A stretch of 55,586 bases of DNA, filler included, from Catajapyx aquilonaris (lineage: Eukaryota): assembly GCA_000934665.2 (NCBI GenBank). It is 2 parts of 2 records of this genome, joined end to end, with 100 filler letters (N's around TTAATTAATTAA, not from the genome) between each part and the next. Parts side by side here need not be neighbours in the genome. Positions count along the whole stretch, not along the records: positions 27,917 to 55,586 come from JYFJ02005023.1; 1 more part is not named here. One strand, written 5' to 3'. Every line of letters begins with the position of its first letter. The stretch's first letter is position 1. A program made the translations under genes and the position numbers. Shown one piece after another: positions 39,851 to 52,163 of this stretch. A model generated the notes under the pieces. The model made no database searches. It had not been told where the DNA came from and saw nothing but the letters and a program-made list of their open reading frames with translations.

Positions 39851-39860
39851 CGCCATCTTG
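39851..39860 (-). promoter_or_regulatory. YY1/Pho-type motif CAAGATGGCG upstream of the zinc-finger gene start
   Basis: CGCCATCTTG on + matches the YY1 consensus CGCCATNTT, ~45 nt upstream of the ATG at 39808. Confidence 0.45.
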
Positions 39861-42292
39861 GAATCGGGTGCATTCCCATCCACGACCCTCTGAACAGCGC
39901 TCAAAATACAGTGGTAGGAATGAGATCAGATAGATATTTGAAATTACTGTATTTTTGATCAATTAAATATGAGATCGTATTTGCATGTTGCGGCGTGATA
40001 TTTTTAAACCAAATAACTCAATTGTCAATAAGATTTTGAGCCGGAAAATAATAAAATTTGTTTTTTATTTATGGCTGAATGAAATATATTTTTTTAATAA
40101 TTTGATAGTGGCATTACCTGTCAGTCACATGATTCAGAGGAGCTAATCATGTTTGCGGATCCCAGAAATTTTTGATGATTTTTTTTGTCGTTTCAGAAAA
40201 GGTGCTATACTTTTACTATATGGGTATATTGTGGCCTTCAGTTATACTGTATTACAAAAAAAAATTACGGATCAACCTGATATGGGCTAAATAAATAAAT
40301 AATACTTCCTAGAAATGTTCAATAAAGCGATGTTTGTGCAACAGTTAGGCACGTGTATCAGTAATGTTGGCTCATTATTTTCGCAAATGGTATTGACTCG
40401 AAATTGACCTTATTGACATTCACAAGTCAAGGGCATGACATTTATGAATATTTGATAGCATAATCATCCAGATAGTCATTTCATATACAGGCGAATAGGC
40501 AAGTATTGGGAAACTACAGTCAATAAGACAGGTGCAGGTTCAATTTCCTATATCCGAGACACTATTGGGATCAAACACGTTTGGGAATTCGGAAGGCACG
40601 TGTTATACGCCTGGATTGAGATTCCTGGAAAAGAATGTACTGGTGTACTGTAACATCAGTGTCGTCATTGTTATTGTTATGGCGACCGTTGTCTGCAGGT
40701 TGCAGTACACCTCATGATGATGATCGTTATTAAACGCACTTACTCGCACTTACTTATTTGTATATTTATAATAATGAAAAGGTAAAGTGCATAACTTACA
40801 TCTTAAAAGTATCTCGGATGTTGGCTTTTTTTCCAATAACTGCAGTCTTTAATTGTGAAGAAGCTGTATGTAGACGAGGTACCGGTATTCGGAGAGTTTG
40901 GTATTTTCTGAGTTTAGAGTACACGATGATTTTGTTTTACTGGTACCTCGTACCTTTTACGAGTAGGCTATATGAGATTATTTTGTACGCGCTTTCCCCC
41001 TGAAATCGTTTTAAATATTATGTAGCAAAACTAAACATTTTGATGGACTTAGTTTTTTTTATTTTATGCAGTGCATTCTTGTACTCATACAAAAATTTTC
41101 AGACACGTCGGAGAGCAACTAAAAGTATACGGCCACTTGGAAGTGCAAATCAAATGTAACACTTTGAAAATTTATTTCTGCGAATTTATAATGATGTCAA
41201 GATGGAATTTTTTAGGTATATAGTTGAAAGAAAATCTACAGTTATGAAAAAGATTTTTTTTACACTTATACATTTAAAGTCGTACTTCCAAAATATTTAA
41301 AACTAGCTATCTCGTGACAGCTATGTGACAGAGTACGAATTACATGTGTATTTTACGTATATTGTAGCATTTATTTGTGTAAGTGGTTACTCCATACACA
41401 TAACATATTCCTGTGTATGGTCTGCTCTGTTCACACTTATTTCAGAGACCCATCCAAATGCTCCAGAACCCCCGTAATGGTTTTGGTTGGTTTAAAAATG
41501 TCTATGATATCTTGATGATATGTATAAGCAGTCAGAAAAGAGTAGATCACAAAATCATTTAACTCCTGACATCCAGATTACGTCTAATGATGCCTAAGCT
41601 AAACGAGACTATGAGGGTTTGAATAGATATCGAATGTATAAAAAATTGCCACCCCCTTTTTGGGTGTCACTTCCGGAGTCACACCCAGAAAAGTGGATGT
41701 TCACGTTAAGATGATGTTCAACTACACCCAGACAAGATACAGGTCTACAGATGTTTCGTAGTTGGCATTGCTCCATATTGGAATTTCCCATTGTTACCCT
41801 ATTCCAGGCTCCAAATTAATGCTAATGCTTGAGGGGGGGGGGGTTATTTTATTTTATGAGATTTCTGATACACATCAGAAGGCAATTTTGACGGATAATG
41901 AGGCATAAACATTTTTAAAGCCATGTACTAATACGATTGGACTTCACTAAAAACTGTAAAGTGCACTTCTGTTTACAATAAAATTATGATGCATGTTTTA
42001 CAGAGTTCCGATGTTGAATTAACCCCACGATTATTCCGTGATATTGCATGCTGTTGGAATAGCCCCGTAATTTCAACATCAGTTGAAGAAATGTTTAAAT
42101 ATTGTTATCTGCTATTTTCTTTTTAACATACATCAGCCATACAAAACGGAATGCTTACCTGCCAAAGTTAGAAACTTGCTTATGAATAACGGCACATAAT
42201 ACCTACAGGACATAAAATAACACAAAAGGTCATCCCATGCAATAAGCAAGGAGGAAAATACGTGAGCTTGTACATGCAAGGTTGCTGAGTAT

Positions 42293-43257
42293 TGTGAAGG
42301 TGGGATTAAAGGTCAAGAAGACGCAATCCAGCCAGGAGTGAAGAAATACTCTAGGAATGCAAAACTTGCCACCGACACGCAGATATGAGGAGGAATTTCA
42401 AAACGATGGAAGGGGACTGACCATGTGACGTCTGAGGATGGAACAACAGGCCCATTAAAGAAGACAATCAACCTCCGAAAGACAGAAAAAGATGATACAA
42501 GACTATCAAGGACCATTGTGCAGCGAGGGGCGGATTAACAATAGAATCTAAACTACCGCTAAACTTTGGAAATTATGGAATTTTTGGACGCAATGACCAA
42601 GGCTGACCGCTGATAACTGGCCAGCCTAGGTGGATATAAAAGGGGAAGCCGACAAAGCCCCAAAAACAGAAGGAGGAGAAGAGAACTACATTTTGGACAG
42701 CCAAAAGTATCCGGACGCATAGTGGGAGTGACTAGATGTACGACTAGGCCACCTGCATACCAGAAGTAGCCAAGAAGTCAACCAGCCATTCAGCCAGGAC
42801 GTCTGGAAGAAGTCACGAAGCCAGAGTGACCATCTCCTGAAGTTCAGCCTGATTTTGAGGGAAGGAACGACCTCAGACACGGAAGGAACAGCGACAACAT
42901 GGCCGTGAGTTAATGACGGATGGGCAGAGTGGTCATGGGTGTAGTCCTGCAGAGCCCAGCCAGTTGGCATTATTGAAGGGTCATGTTTTAAGTGTTGTCC
43001 GTCCGTTTTTGGGACATGTTATTAGTTCATAAGTCCTTGTAATGGGTTAAAACAGGGTTAAATAAATACCATGATTGTGTATGGGAGAAAGGTCTATGGT
43101 CTCAACTCATTGGTCGACTAGACAGTTACCTAACCCGCCACTTTCAAGTGGAGACACGGCAGGTAACCTTGCCTACGTTACAACTCGAGAACGACTTGCA
43201 GAGGTTTGGATGTTACATCACGTGACTTGGGAGTCCATTTTGAATCCAAACTTCACA
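42293..43257 (+). mobile_element. Solo LTR (Gypsy-like), 965 bp
   Basis: TGTGAAG...CTTCACA termini, 4-bp TSD GTAT (42289-42292, 43258-43261), TATA-like GATATAAAAGG ~42633 and AATAAA ~43061. The paralogous empty site with a single GTAT is at 32352-32355. Confidence 0.88.
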
Positions 43258-43454
43258 GTATTGACAAGTTAAATTACAAGTCTGTACATCGATATCGACA
43301 TTTTCACTGTGGCAACGTATGAAATGCGCGAATTCAAAAGCACTTCTGTCTTATTTCATATATGATGCATGTTTCCGCACTCATAATGAGTTGGCGTAAC
43401 GGACTGTCGGAAAGCAGTCTGGACATTAGAGCAGTGCCAAGTCGACATATAGCA

Positions 43455-45254
43455 ATGGGTATGCGTACAATTATGAAGATTCATATTAGTACTTGGCTAG
43501 TATTTCTCGCATTCAGAGTGACATCTGCCAGCGTTTCTATGACAGACCAGACGGTGAACGGACATGTCGAGTCTCAGTTCGTGTGGAGAGCATTCAACAA
43601 TGAGAGGGTTGTGGAGCTAGAATGTCCTTTGGTGGTGAGTCACGACGTGGGAAAATATCTTCCTGCAAGTGTCCAGACGCTTCTGGCCAACATGTCCAGA
43701 GTGGGGAGACCAGTGGTCATCTCCAGATCAGAAACAAAAAGCACCTGGACCTGCGATGACTCAGTAGATGAAGGAGAAGTATATGGGGGGATGGATGTGG
43801 AATCTGCATCGAAGCAAGCCAAGTGCTCAGTACACCTGGTCGTAACGTGTGCAGACAACTACGAGGATGTCATGGAAGCACATTTGGATCCAGATGTGGC
43901 CCTGATAGTGGCAAAAACCACTCGCGACCCCTTCGTCTTTTGGATCAGGGATTCGGATGGCAACGAATTCCTGGCTGAAAAACCTGCATCCAACATCAAG
44001 TTGAAGGTGTCCCTCACTGCTGGAGATGAAAATAGTATTCAGGTCAATTCAGTATGCCTTTTCTGCGATGGACCTACCTTCGACCATGTCATGTTCAATG
44101 TGACCACAAATGTTACATTGGACAAATATCTGTTTCGAAACACAGCAAACGATCTGGGTGGTTTGAAACTTGAAGGATTGTATCTCCGTGAAATGGACGA
44201 CACTATGTGCGATCCATATTCTCATTTCGCTGACATTTGTTTTATTGCCGAAGCCCTGAACTTCAAGTGGCATGTCAGCATCATCGACGTAGCTCAATTT
44301 ATGAAAAATATGAGCCACGCTGCTCTGGTGTTGGAAGATTACAGGCAAGGGAAACTCTCATTTTTGCCAATAAGTCCGTTGATTGAGATTGTATACTCCT
44401 TATTTCACGTCGCACCCAAACACCTTCCGTTTCGTGTGTCTTTTCTCGCCAGGACCCCACGAGATTTGCAAACTCCGCTAATAATAGTGTATCCCTATGA
44501 CACGTTATGTTGGTGTGCGTTTGCCATCGGCTTTTTTCTGTCTGGCTTGTTCCTTTGTACCTTCGCAAAGTTGCAGTTTAAAGTGATATAGGATCACAGT
44601 CTCCTTTTTGCTCAGCATTGTATACCTCGAAATATCTTGCACGCCATATCATTGCACAAATCTCCAACGACCTTTCTCGCGAGTTGTCGTCTTCAAGGGC
44701 ATTTGTATTGATGTGGATATTTTTTGTACTAATTGTAATGACCGGATACGTGAGCAAGCTATATTGCTTCATAGCTTTCCCTCCGACGGAGGAGGTCCCA
44801 GCCAATATCCAGGAACTGGAGGATTCCAAGTTTGATATATACATAGAGGGATTTCTTTATGAAAACGTTATGCAGGATGTGACCTTGCGACAGCATTACA
44901 AACCACTGATAAAAAAATTAATTCAAGTACACGCTTTATCTGGTTGTGTTCCTAACTTTATGCTCTATGACAGAGTCTGCCTGGGAGCTGACTATATCTT
45001 GCAGAACATATCTCACGACATCGACGTGTACGGCCGGGACAACACATTCATATCCACCGACAGTTTCGCCTCACTGCACTACGCTGCTCTTCTTGCCAAA
45101 GGCAAAGTCTACCAGGACGACTTCGATCGGGGGTGCTTTCTATATCCTAGTCTTTGGTAGCGCAGCTTCTCTCGCTGCTTTTGTCAAAGAAACTTTAGTT
45201 CAAAATTTACTGTCTCGCTACACCAACAGCCTGCCTTATCCATTTTTAAATTGA
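43455..45254 (+). pseudogene. Divergent ionotropic receptor pseudogene (copy B2)
   Basis: Paralog of B1 with a +2 (AT) insertion at ~44586-44590 giving TAG at 44589-44591, and a ~146-nt deletion after 45127 relative to B1 that removes the end of S2. Confidence 0.88.
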
Positions 45255-45367
45255 GCTATTCAATCGGCATAATTATGTAATATCGTCTGACAAAAGAATG
45301 TTACAAACTCACCCTCGCCCTACTGAATTATCCAAACTATTAATACATATCAATAAATTAGGGAGAG

Positions 45368-45627
45368 CCGGGATCGAACCCAACCCGGGGTTCCCCACTT
45401 CATCTCGTGCAGAGTTGGGCCATCTCTGCCTTCGTCTCGGGTGAAAATTTCCACTAGACTAATCCACCCGGGGGAGTTCACAAAATGACCAAGAAACGAC
45501 ATTGCACTTGCACTTTGCACATCCCCTCCTACCTACCCTTGGAACAATTAAATAATATAAATATTATATGGTTCCAAAAAGTGGTGGTATTCCACCCACC
45601 TTGCCTACGGCCATTGCACGGTGTACC

Positions 45628-45688
<61 letters not shown>
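45368..45688 (+). mobile_element. 5'-truncated SINE with family-2 body, family-1 tail and (AAT)n end
   Basis: 45368-45530 aligns to 8169-8331; 45581-45627 aligns to the family-1 tail (reverse complement of 1590-1642); (AAT)n at 45628-45688. Confidence 0.8.
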
Positions 45689-45689
<1 letters not shown>

Positions 45690-46498
45690 TATCAATAAAT
45701 AAGTGCAGTATACGGTATAGTGTCTACATATTCAATGGGACGAACAACTACAGGGATATCTGTTCAGGTAAGAAGATTAGTGATCTATTATGCACCATGA
45801 CATCATTGCGGAATGCAATGAGTTTGGAGTTTTCTAAATCTAGGGTTCAATTAGCATTAGGCGTGAAAATACCCACCAATATTATGTTCTAAGAGCTGAG
45901 TAATTGGTGTGATACAGAAAATATAAACACTTCATAGTTGATGGTAAATAACTAGTTCGACGTACGTTTTTTCGAAACACTTTTTCTTTTTGATAGTATG
46001 TTAATGTACAGTAAGATGTTTTCCAACGATCGACCTATCTCTATGCTTCAATCGGGGATGAAAAATAAACTAAACAAAAATAACAACTTTGGCCGAAATT
46101 TCCCCGATAATTACAAAGACCCCAATACTTGGAATTCTCTCTATGTACGTAGTATATGAATGCCACTGCCTTGATTGATTGTTAGAGTCAACAATGGCGA
46201 ATTCGAAAGCGTCATGCAAAAATAATGAGACAACAAGACTGTGCGTAATGAAACTCATACAATCATCGCAATATTGAGCGGAGATTATAAGAGATACAAT
46301 TTAATTTATTTTGCCAAAATCATATTACTATGCTACTGTATTATGCTCATGTGAACTCTGAAGTAATCCCTGCAACGTCTGCATTCATTATGCCCGTTTA
46401 ACATTAATGTTGGACTGACATAATTATTTTGGGGGCCGGAATTTCAGCCGTAATGATATAGTTGGAAAATTGCTAGTTCTTATTTACATGTCAGGTGC

Positions 46499-46828
46499 CG
46501 TCAAATGAGGTGATCTTGGCCGCGGCGCCGGCGGGTTGAGTTTGACCACCATTCCTGAAGTGCCATTAACAGGGATGGAAAAAGTACCGCTTCCTTCTAA
46601 GAAGCGCTTCTTTTTTCCATGTGCAGGGATAGAAAAAGAACCGCTTACCGCCCAAAGAAGCGGTTCTTTTTCCATCCCTGGCCATTAATGATTATTGCTT
46701 TTTTATTTGTTATTTTACTTACCCAATGGGGTAAGTAAAAATCAAAATCAAAATCATGAATGACATTTTTGGATGTGTGGCCAAGCAAGTTCACCTCGGC
46801 CGGCCGGCCACCTTCACCCAATTTGACG
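46499..46828. mobile_element. Degenerate TIR element
   Basis: CGTCAAATGAGGTGA...TCACCCAATTTGACG imperfect TIRs, an internal hairpin at 46624-46680, and absence from the paralogous flank at ~52160/53275. Confidence 0.55.
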
Positions 46829-48470
46829 TTATGTTGCCGTTGGAAGCAACAATCAGTGCCATATTCACTTGTGGTGATTATTATTATTTTCCAGTAAACG
46901 GGTGTGCCTATAGATTCCAAAAGTTTTAAAAAACCCAAGCCGTTTATAAATTCTTGTTTCGCCATAAGTAATATTGATTGTCATTTTCTCACATTAAAAA
47001 AATAGTCATTCTCACAATTATTACCTCTCTGTACTTGGGTTGCCTAACGGTTGGGACAGGGTTGGGATTTGTGCTGTGGGTATCCCTGAATGGCACAGTG
47101 ATGCGATTTTCTCCGTGCTGCGATCAAAATCTTGAAAAATTTACTAAATATTTTGTCTTGGAATGTCGCAAGGAAGTGTAAGATCACCTGATATACGGAA
47201 TTGGAGACCATTATTATATGATTTGGCCCAGTGTGAATCGGATGGAATTCGATAACCGTTCGAGAAGTATCCCAATAAATATATTCTCATAAAAACACAA
47301 GTGGTGAAGGCACTATACGATTATATTGGCACAATCCATGTAACTTGAATATTGTTGTATGCACTCATACTTGAATAATAAATATCACATAAAACTTATC
47401 AAGCCGCAGGTCAACGCCGTACCTCCGGATGTAGCTGCATTCTGTATTGTGTTTACTGTTGTGCTTGTATCATTATACGTAGTCAGGTGCAGGTCAGGTG
47501 CCCAGCCCCGGGCGCGGGGTTGGATAGGGCAATTGGTCAGAATTGTTCATAATTACGCGTACATAATTGTAATTATCATGCGAGTTCGCGGCATTGTTTT
47601 CGTTCGTAATTTGGGAGTTTGTTCCGGAACAATGCGATGTTGAGTTTCGGTTGTTCAGTGGTGATTCGACAACAAGTTTAGCGCTGTAACGCAAATCGTG
47701 AACATTGTTACGGAAGTGTTAATTAGGGGATAACTATATATGTCCTCCCAAGGGCGTGTTCGCGTGTAAGTGTCGTACCTACACACAAACTTTTGGTGCG
47801 TACGGTTGGCGTCCGGATCTTCATCCGGAAAACCCTGACGATGAGGGTCTACCGGAAGGAAGTCCTGGAGGAAGACCGACAGAAGGAAGTCCAATTCCGG
47901 AATCACCAGGGGACCGCGCAAATAGTGACTTCTCGGGGCCATTCCTACTCAGGCAGCCGTGCTTTCCGTCATGGACAAATCAAGCAAGAGTAAGGAAATG
48001 GCTACATATCTGTATTTTTTATATGTTTTAGATTAATAATAACTTGATTTTAAACATACTTGTTGTTGGCCACTTTCTTCAACAATTTCCTGCGACTGCC
48101 ACAACTTTCAGGTAGCAAAACACAGATAATTCGGGTGTGAATCTCGATTATCCGGAGGCCTGATGACACTCCGATTTTGTTCGGATTTCTCTTAAAGTGT
48201 GCGTTATTGGATCCCAAACGATCATGCGAGGTCAACATGCCACCTTCAGGTCAAGGGGGCCATGAAAATGACGCCCAGTTTGAATGTTTCGCCTCGCACT
48301 TCAAAAACATCAAAATAATACGTCCTGCGCAACTGACTCTACAAAATGAAGAAAAAAAGAAAGTATAGTATAGTGGTTTAGTATGAACTCTCGTTCAGTT
48401 TCCACTTATGAAGCGGAATAAGGATTCATTTTTTCCTTATTGGTTCCACTAAAACAAGTAGAAAATGATA

Positions 48471-48813
48471 GGGGAAGAGTGGTTGGTCGAGTTGGTAATG
48501 ACTCGTCTTGCTGATGGGAAGGTCCAGGGGTTCGATCCCCGCCCGGCAGTTCCCTTTATTCCGCCTGCGTCAGGAGCCTTTCTGACCCGCGCCTTAGAGG
48601 CGTCTGGCAACCTACCCTCCAGGGAGACTGCACATGACCCTTTTTCAGACATTGCACATGCACCCGTGTCTCCTCCATGAAAAATCCCCATCCCTACTTC
48701 ATGTACACATACGCTCTTGCCTGCACGGAAATTGAAGAAAACACGAAAATTGAATGGAAAAACTGATATGGTGGTGTTCCCCCCCCCCCCCATCACGGGG
48801 TAATACAAAAAAA
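48471..48813 (+). mobile_element. tRNA-derived SINE, family 1
   Basis: A-box TGGTCGAGTTGG, B-box GGTTCGATCCC, body colinear with 1566-1929(-), A tail. Confidence 0.85.
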
Positions 48814-49588
48814 GGTGAAAAATTATATTTTCCTCTTAAAGTGAAAGTTTAGTGACTTGAGAAGAGAGCAATACGATTTGCGGGACTGGGACTCCCTAAA
48901 AAGTCTGAATAAATAAACAGTGAAACTGCAATATTGGACTTCGCAAAATAATTGTCTCCTACAATGGATCCACTTCTGTAACGGCTACACTACACTACTC
49001 ACTACATATTAAAAGCCAATTACATACGTAACTATGCTGCAGAGACTACGTTAGTGACCCATGTCACACGTAAGGTGATCCTTTGTCTCCCAACGGGGTT
49101 GATCCTGAAAGGCGGTCTATTTCTTCCCTAAAAGACCATGTACGTATGCATAGGTTACCTCATACAAAAAATATGCCTGATGATAAAGAAAAGTATGTTG
49201 GGTCAGAATCAGGCAAGACCAAATAAACTATATTATTCAGATCACTTGAGTGTGTCACGAACACCTGTGCTATAAAAAAAACACAGCTTTCACCCCAGTC
49301 CTGAAGGCAAGGAGACACTTGACATTGCACAAGGTCATTGAGCATTTAGGGCTTCGATTACTAAATAATCATTATAGGCATTTTCATTGATTTCATATCA
49401 TCATTATCAACATAGTTTAGATAGTGCGTCAATTTGGCTAATGATATGGTATAGGCTATGCAGTACTTGTAACGGGACTCCTAATGAACTGGCATATGGA
49501 TATGGCATGATATATTTCCGAAGCACGCAGTTAGGAGTTCAAAGCAGAGCTCCGAGCCCATTCAGTGTGACTATAGCTTAGAACAGAT

Positions 49589-51513
49589 ATGCATAATATG
49601 ATGGAGACTTTTAGTAGGCCTACATATCTAGTGTTTTTCATCTTCAAAGTGACATCTGCCAGTGTTTTGATGGCAGATCCAACAGTGAACGGATATGTCG
49701 AGTCACAGCTAATGTGGAGAGCCCTAAACAACGAACGAATTGTGAAGGTGGAATGTCCTCTGGTGGTGAGTCACGACGTGGGAAAGTCCCTTCCTGCAAG
49801 TGTCCAGACACTTCTGGCCAACATATCCAGGGTGGGGAGACCCGTGCTCATCTCCAGATCAGAATCGAAAAGCACCTGGACCTGCGATGACTCTGTAGAA
49901 GGAAGAGTATATGCTGGGGGATGGAATGTGGCAACACAGGCCAAGTGCGCATTACATCTGGTTATAACATGTGCCGATAATTATGAGGATGTCATGGATG
50001 TGCATTTGGATCCGGACGAGGCCCTGATAGTGGCAAAAACCACTCGCGACCCCTTCGTCTTTTGGATCAGGGATTCGGATGGCAACGAATTCCTGGCTGA
50101 AAAACCTGCATCCAACATCAAGTTGAAGGTGTCCCTCATTCCAGGAGATGGCCGCAGCATTCAGGTCAATTCTGTTTGCCTTTTCTGCAATGGACCTACC
50201 TTCGACCGCGTCATGTTCAATGTCACCACAAATGTTACATTGCACAGAGAGCTGTTTCGCGACACAACAAACGACTTCAGAGGTTTTACACTTGAAGGAA
50301 TATATGGCGATGAACTGGACAACACTATGTGCGGGCCTTTTTTCAGTTAAGTTACTTTTGTTTTGTAGCAGACGCCCTGAACTTTAGATGGCATGCAATG
50401 GGCTTCGACATGACTGAAGCCGCACAAAATCTGACCTACATGATGCAGCTCATTGAGGATTTCACGAAGGGAAAGCTTTCATTTATGCTATCCGCCCCGA
50501 TAATAGAAATTTTCTATGCTTTAGTTCACGTTGTGCCCAAAAACAAAGTACAACGTATAACCTTTCTTGCCAGGTCTCCTCGCGAATTGCAAACGCCGCT
50601 CATCGTAGTGTATCCCTATGACACACTATGTTGGTGTGCGTTTGTCATGGGGTTTTTTGTGTCTGGTTTGTTCCTGTGCGCATTTGCCAAGTTGCAAACT
50701 GATGTTTTAAATGCACGTTCTCTATTCCGTTCAGCATTGTACACCTTGAAATACCTTGGACGCACTCTCGTTGGACAATTCTCCAACAGCCTTTCAGACG
50801 AGCCATCATCTTCAAAGGCGTTTGTATCTTTGTGGATGTTTTTTGTTATCATCGTTACAACCGGATACACGAGCAAACTTTATTACTTCATCACCTTCCC
50901 TCCAAAAGAGATAGTTCCCTCCAATTTCCAAGAATTGATGAATTCTAAGTTTAATGTCGTGATAGACTTTCTTCTTTTCGATGTTATTATGCAGGATTTG
51001 ACTGATGATATGCGACCATTGTTAGATGGATGTACTAAAGTACCGGTCATTAAGGAATGCGTAAAGGACTTTATGCTCTATGACAGAGTGTGCATGAGCA
51101 CCTATTATTCCTTGGAAGACATGTCTAACATAATTGACGTGTACGGGCAGGGCAACACGTTCATATCCACAGACACTTTCGCCTTAGCTCATACCGCAGT
51201 TATTCTTACCAAAGACAGAGTGTATCAGGATAACATTGATTACTGGATGGGAATATATCACAGCACTGGTATTTCGACGAGGATAACCGCATTCGATTAT
51301 CACATGCAGATGCTGAGAAAGTTTAAGAGGAGGCGAGAGGATGGGATAGTGGACGAGGACAATGTGGCCATCACTTTGGAAAGCCTCGGGGGAGCTTTCT
51401 GTATTATTGTCGCTGGTAGTGTGCTCTCTTCTGCTGCATTCGTGACTGAAATATTAGTTCAAAAGTTTCTGTCACGCTCTGTTAAAAGCCGGCCTTATCC
51501 ATTTTTAAAGTAA
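49589..51513 (+). pseudogene. Divergent ionotropic receptor (copy A2), single -1 frameshift in a T6 run; may be an intact gene with a sequencing error
   Basis: Close paralog of A1 over its whole length; CC-TTTTTT at 50336-50343 versus CCATTTTTT in A1. No other lesion seen. Confidence 0.75.
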
Positions 51514-52163
51514 CTTATACGTAATTCATTATGCCCGATTAACATCTGGTACATAATATTGGACCGACATATTTTGGGTCAGTGCAGTGAAGTGCAGTGC
51601 AGTGCAGGGATCAAACCTCTATCAATAAAAATTTTCAAATTAGAAATAATAACTTTAGTGTTCGTTGTGCTTATTAACCCAAAGGGAAGTTGTCAAAAAA
51701 CCTCTCTTAGGGTTAGTGCAGAATGTTTGAAATGCAGAATCGTCAGTTGACTTTTGAATAATTGCGAGATATAAGGGTGCGGAATTTTCACTACATGGAA
51801 ACCATTTGAAAACCTCGGGAGAAGAACGATCACGGTCCGCCTGAGGTGAAACTGAGATTTTCAAATTTTAAATTGCGAAGGTTCCATTGCAAATCCCACT
51901 TTCGGGGCCTTCCATATAGTGACCCATAGTCATTACTTCACAACGAAGACCAAATATTCTAGGAGGTATCTTCTGAGATAATTATGTAACTCATATTTGA
52001 CAAAAAGTAGACCTTGATCGTTCGTCCCAGGAGGTCTTCATTATTATCTCATAATCTGATCATATATTGATTTAAATATGTAGAGGGCTTATGTATAATT
52101 GCCGTAATTTCAACCGCAATGATGTAATTGGAAGATTGTTATTTCTTATTTACATGTCAGGTA

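Noticed and set aside
40532..40717. Hydrophobic 61-aa ORF considered as LGR TM1 exon
   Set aside because: It lacks the ISS.E.LL and GN motifs, and the frame is broken in the duplicate at 28015-28150.
47655..48031. GC-richer segment with overlapping ORFs on both strands
   Set aside because: No identifiable domain or consistent splice structure, and it does not resemble the missing LGR 7TM exons.
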